Assembly (NCBI GenBank): GCA_042408215.1
Contig: JAYFMW010000006.1
Span: 384,001-448,000 of the forward strand
Source: Microcoleus sp.
GTDB taxonomy: Bacteria; Cyanobacteriota; Cyanobacteriia; Cyanobacteriales; Microcoleaceae
DNA length: 64,000 nucleotides
Direction: 5' to 3'
Positions within the stretch are counted from its first letter, which is position 1; every line of letters starts with the position of its first letter. The notes beneath the pieces are model-generated. The model was given only the letters and a program-made list of their open reading frames with translations, was not told where the DNA came from and ran no database searches. Below, piece after piece: positions 62,169 through 64,000 of this stretch. The translations under genes and the position numbers were made by a program.

Positions 62169-63008
62169 ATGTTAAATTTGCTAATTGAGCCTTTAAAATT
62201 TGAGTTTATGCGAAATGCGATCGCGATCGGCATTTTGCTAGGAATTCTCTGCGCGGTGGTCGGCTCCTATTTAATTGTACAGCAAATGGGCATGATGGTT
62301 GACATGATTGCCCATTCGGTGTTAGCAGGATTACCTGTTGCTTTTTCTTTGGGTTTCAATATCTCGATCGGTGCTTTTATATCGGGGATGATCAGTGCTG
62401 TAATTATGGCGTGGATTCAGTCGCGATCGCGAATAAAAATAGATGCAGTAATGGCATTAATTTTATCTACTTTTTTAGCAATTAGCATCACGCTGATTAG
62501 TCTGTTGCGGACAACAAAGTTAGACCTTGACGGGTTTTTGTTTGGCAATATTTTGTCAGTTGCACCTGCTGACGTGCAGCAAACTTTTGTCACAACTTTG
62601 ATAATTTTGGCGGCGGTGAAACTCTTTTACAAAGAATTGTTATTTTATACTTTTGACCCCCTGGGAGCGCAAGCGAGTGGTTTGCCTGTAAACTGGATTT
62701 ATTTGGGGATGATTTCGGCGATTACGCTGACGATTGTTGCGAGTTTGCAAACGGTGGGGGCGCTGTTAGTAATTTCGCTGTTAATCGGGCCGGGAATTAC
62801 TGCGTATTTGTTGGTGAAAGAGTTACATTTAATGATGGGATTTGGAGCGGCGATCGGGATTACAGCTAGCGTGACTGGTATGTATCTCAGCTATTATTTT
62901 AATATGCCCTCTGGTGCGGCGATCGTATTAGTTGTTTTTGGGTTATTCTTACTAGCTTTTTTGTTAAGTCCCAGTCAAGGGATTTTGACCAGAAAGAAAG
63001 GAGAGTAA
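62169..63008 (+). CDS. Zn/Mn ABC transporter permease
   Basis: EPLKFEFMRNA, DMIAHSVLAG, FLFGNIL, FYKELLFYTFDP, PSGAAIV; start set at 62169. Confidence 0.92.
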   Translation: MLNLLIEPLKFEFMRNAIAIGILLGILCAVVGSYLIVQQMGMMVDMIAHSVLAGLPVAFSLGFNISIGAFISGMISAVIMAWIQSRSRIKIDAVMALILSTFLAISITLISLLRTTKLDLDGFLFGNILSVAPADVQQTFVTTLIILAAVKLFYKELLFYTFDPLGAQASGLPVNWIYLGMISAITLTIVASLQTVGALLVISLLIGPGITAYLLVKELHLMMGFGAAIGITASVTGMYLSYYFNMPSGAAIVLVVFGLFLLAFLLSPSQGILTRKKGE

Positions 63009-63326
63009 GGGAGGAGGGCGGGTTTTGTTACCGAGATTATTGGCGATATCCAAAATTACTGACATTCACCCGCCCCAAGCAATTATAGAGCAGATTCCAC
63101 GTTTATGAAGGACACCCCGGAGCGCTCCCCGTAGGGACACGGCAATGCCGTGTCCCTACTTCATAAACCTGGGATACGCTGTATTATGTCCGATCGCACA
63201 ACCGCTCTAAAATTGGTTTGTAATGAGGACTTCAGTCCTCAAAGTTTTCAGGAGGACTTTAGTCCTCACTACAAACCTGATAACGGTTATTTTACCGGAC
63301 ATAATATTATTCGTTCTTGACACTAC

Positions 63327-64000
63327 TTACTTAGCTTGACAATAGGTTTCATAAACCCCGTCAAGCAGTAAGTTGAAAGCAAAAGTTGCTTTTTCTGCTG
63401 CTAACAACGCTTCCTGTTTTTGTTCATCAGTTTGGCAAAGTTGTAACAGGGCCTCGCGGGTTGCTTGAGAGTGCCACTCATCGGCTTTTTCGTGTACTTT
63501 AAAGAAGGACAAAGCCGATTCTGAATCTATGCCGTAAAATTCCTTAAGACCTGCTATTTTGGTTGTAGACACTTCTGGTATTTGCGCTTCGTAAGCGTAA
63601 AGTGCCGCTAAACCTGTCGCGGGGGATTCGCTGCGCGCTAAGTCTTTGAGCATCCGCACAGATTCGCTGGTTTTTTCTAAGTGTTCGCGCCCCAGAACTG
63701 CGTTTCTGTCTAAACCCAAACCTTCGGCAAACCGCAGCCACAATTCTGGGTGATTAGCGGCACCTCGTTCTTCTTCTATCAGGTTTTCGAGGAGCATTTG
63801 GCGAATTTTGATGTCGTCGCAGGATGCATGGGTAGCGCTGACGTAGGTGGGGAAGTTGTGGACTTGCAGGTAGTATTCCTGGGCGTACTCTTGCAGCATT
63901 GCGAGGTCGAGTTTTCCTTCGTTCCACATTTGGTAGAACGGGTGTTTCAGCAGGTGGTGCTGGTCGAGAATGGCGTTGAGCTGTTCGAGGAATTTTTGTT
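63327..64000 (-). CDS. CADD family heme-oxygenase-like dimetal oxidase (putative pABA synthase); 5' end beyond the window edge
   Basis: Frame stays open to the edge (..LDQHHLLKHPFYQMWNEG); EEE..NH, YAYE, HEKADEWH metal ligands. Confidence 0.82.
   Translation of the reverse strand, partial: QKFLEQLNAILDQHHLLKHPFYQMWNEGKLDLAMLQEYAQEYYLQVHNFPTYVSATHASCDDIKIRQMLLENLIEEERGAANHPELWLRFAEGLGLDRNAVLGREHLEKTSESVRMLKDLARSESPATGLAALYAYEAQIPEVSTTKIAGLKEFYGIDSESALSFFKVHEKADEWHSQATREALLQLCQTDEQKQEALLAAEKATFAFNLLLDGVYETYCQAK

Overview
Filamentous cyanobacterial chromosome segment (Microcoleus/Oscillatoriales-like, inferred from dense HIP1 GCGATCGC sites, heptamer STRR arrays and hps genes). Core genes: obgE, trmJ, iaaA, glmU, glgB, ftsL/ftsI, a Zn/Mn ABC transporter, a CADD-type protein, hpsJ and an hpsA-hpsB-hpsC pseudopilin cluster. 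These are interspersed with six tnpB genes (no tnpA in the window), several IS-end remnants and many nested MITE/REP elements. Main highlights: (1) a two-gene Upf1/DNA2-type helicase plus wHTH-PLD nuclease locus resembling Mokosh type I, but with a beta-helix/Ig-like N-terminus in place of the kinase; (2) an ORF-less group II intron inserted into the terminal repeat of a multicopy MITE; (3) a metallothionein gene split by a TnpB element, with its 3' half inverted; (4) a six-unit, ~342-bp mosaic tandem array of a nested MITE; (5) REP-like hairpins translated in frame inside trmJ and iaaA; (6) an orphan two-repeat CRISPR-like mini-array. All family assignments come from motif recognition by eye; no database searches were run.
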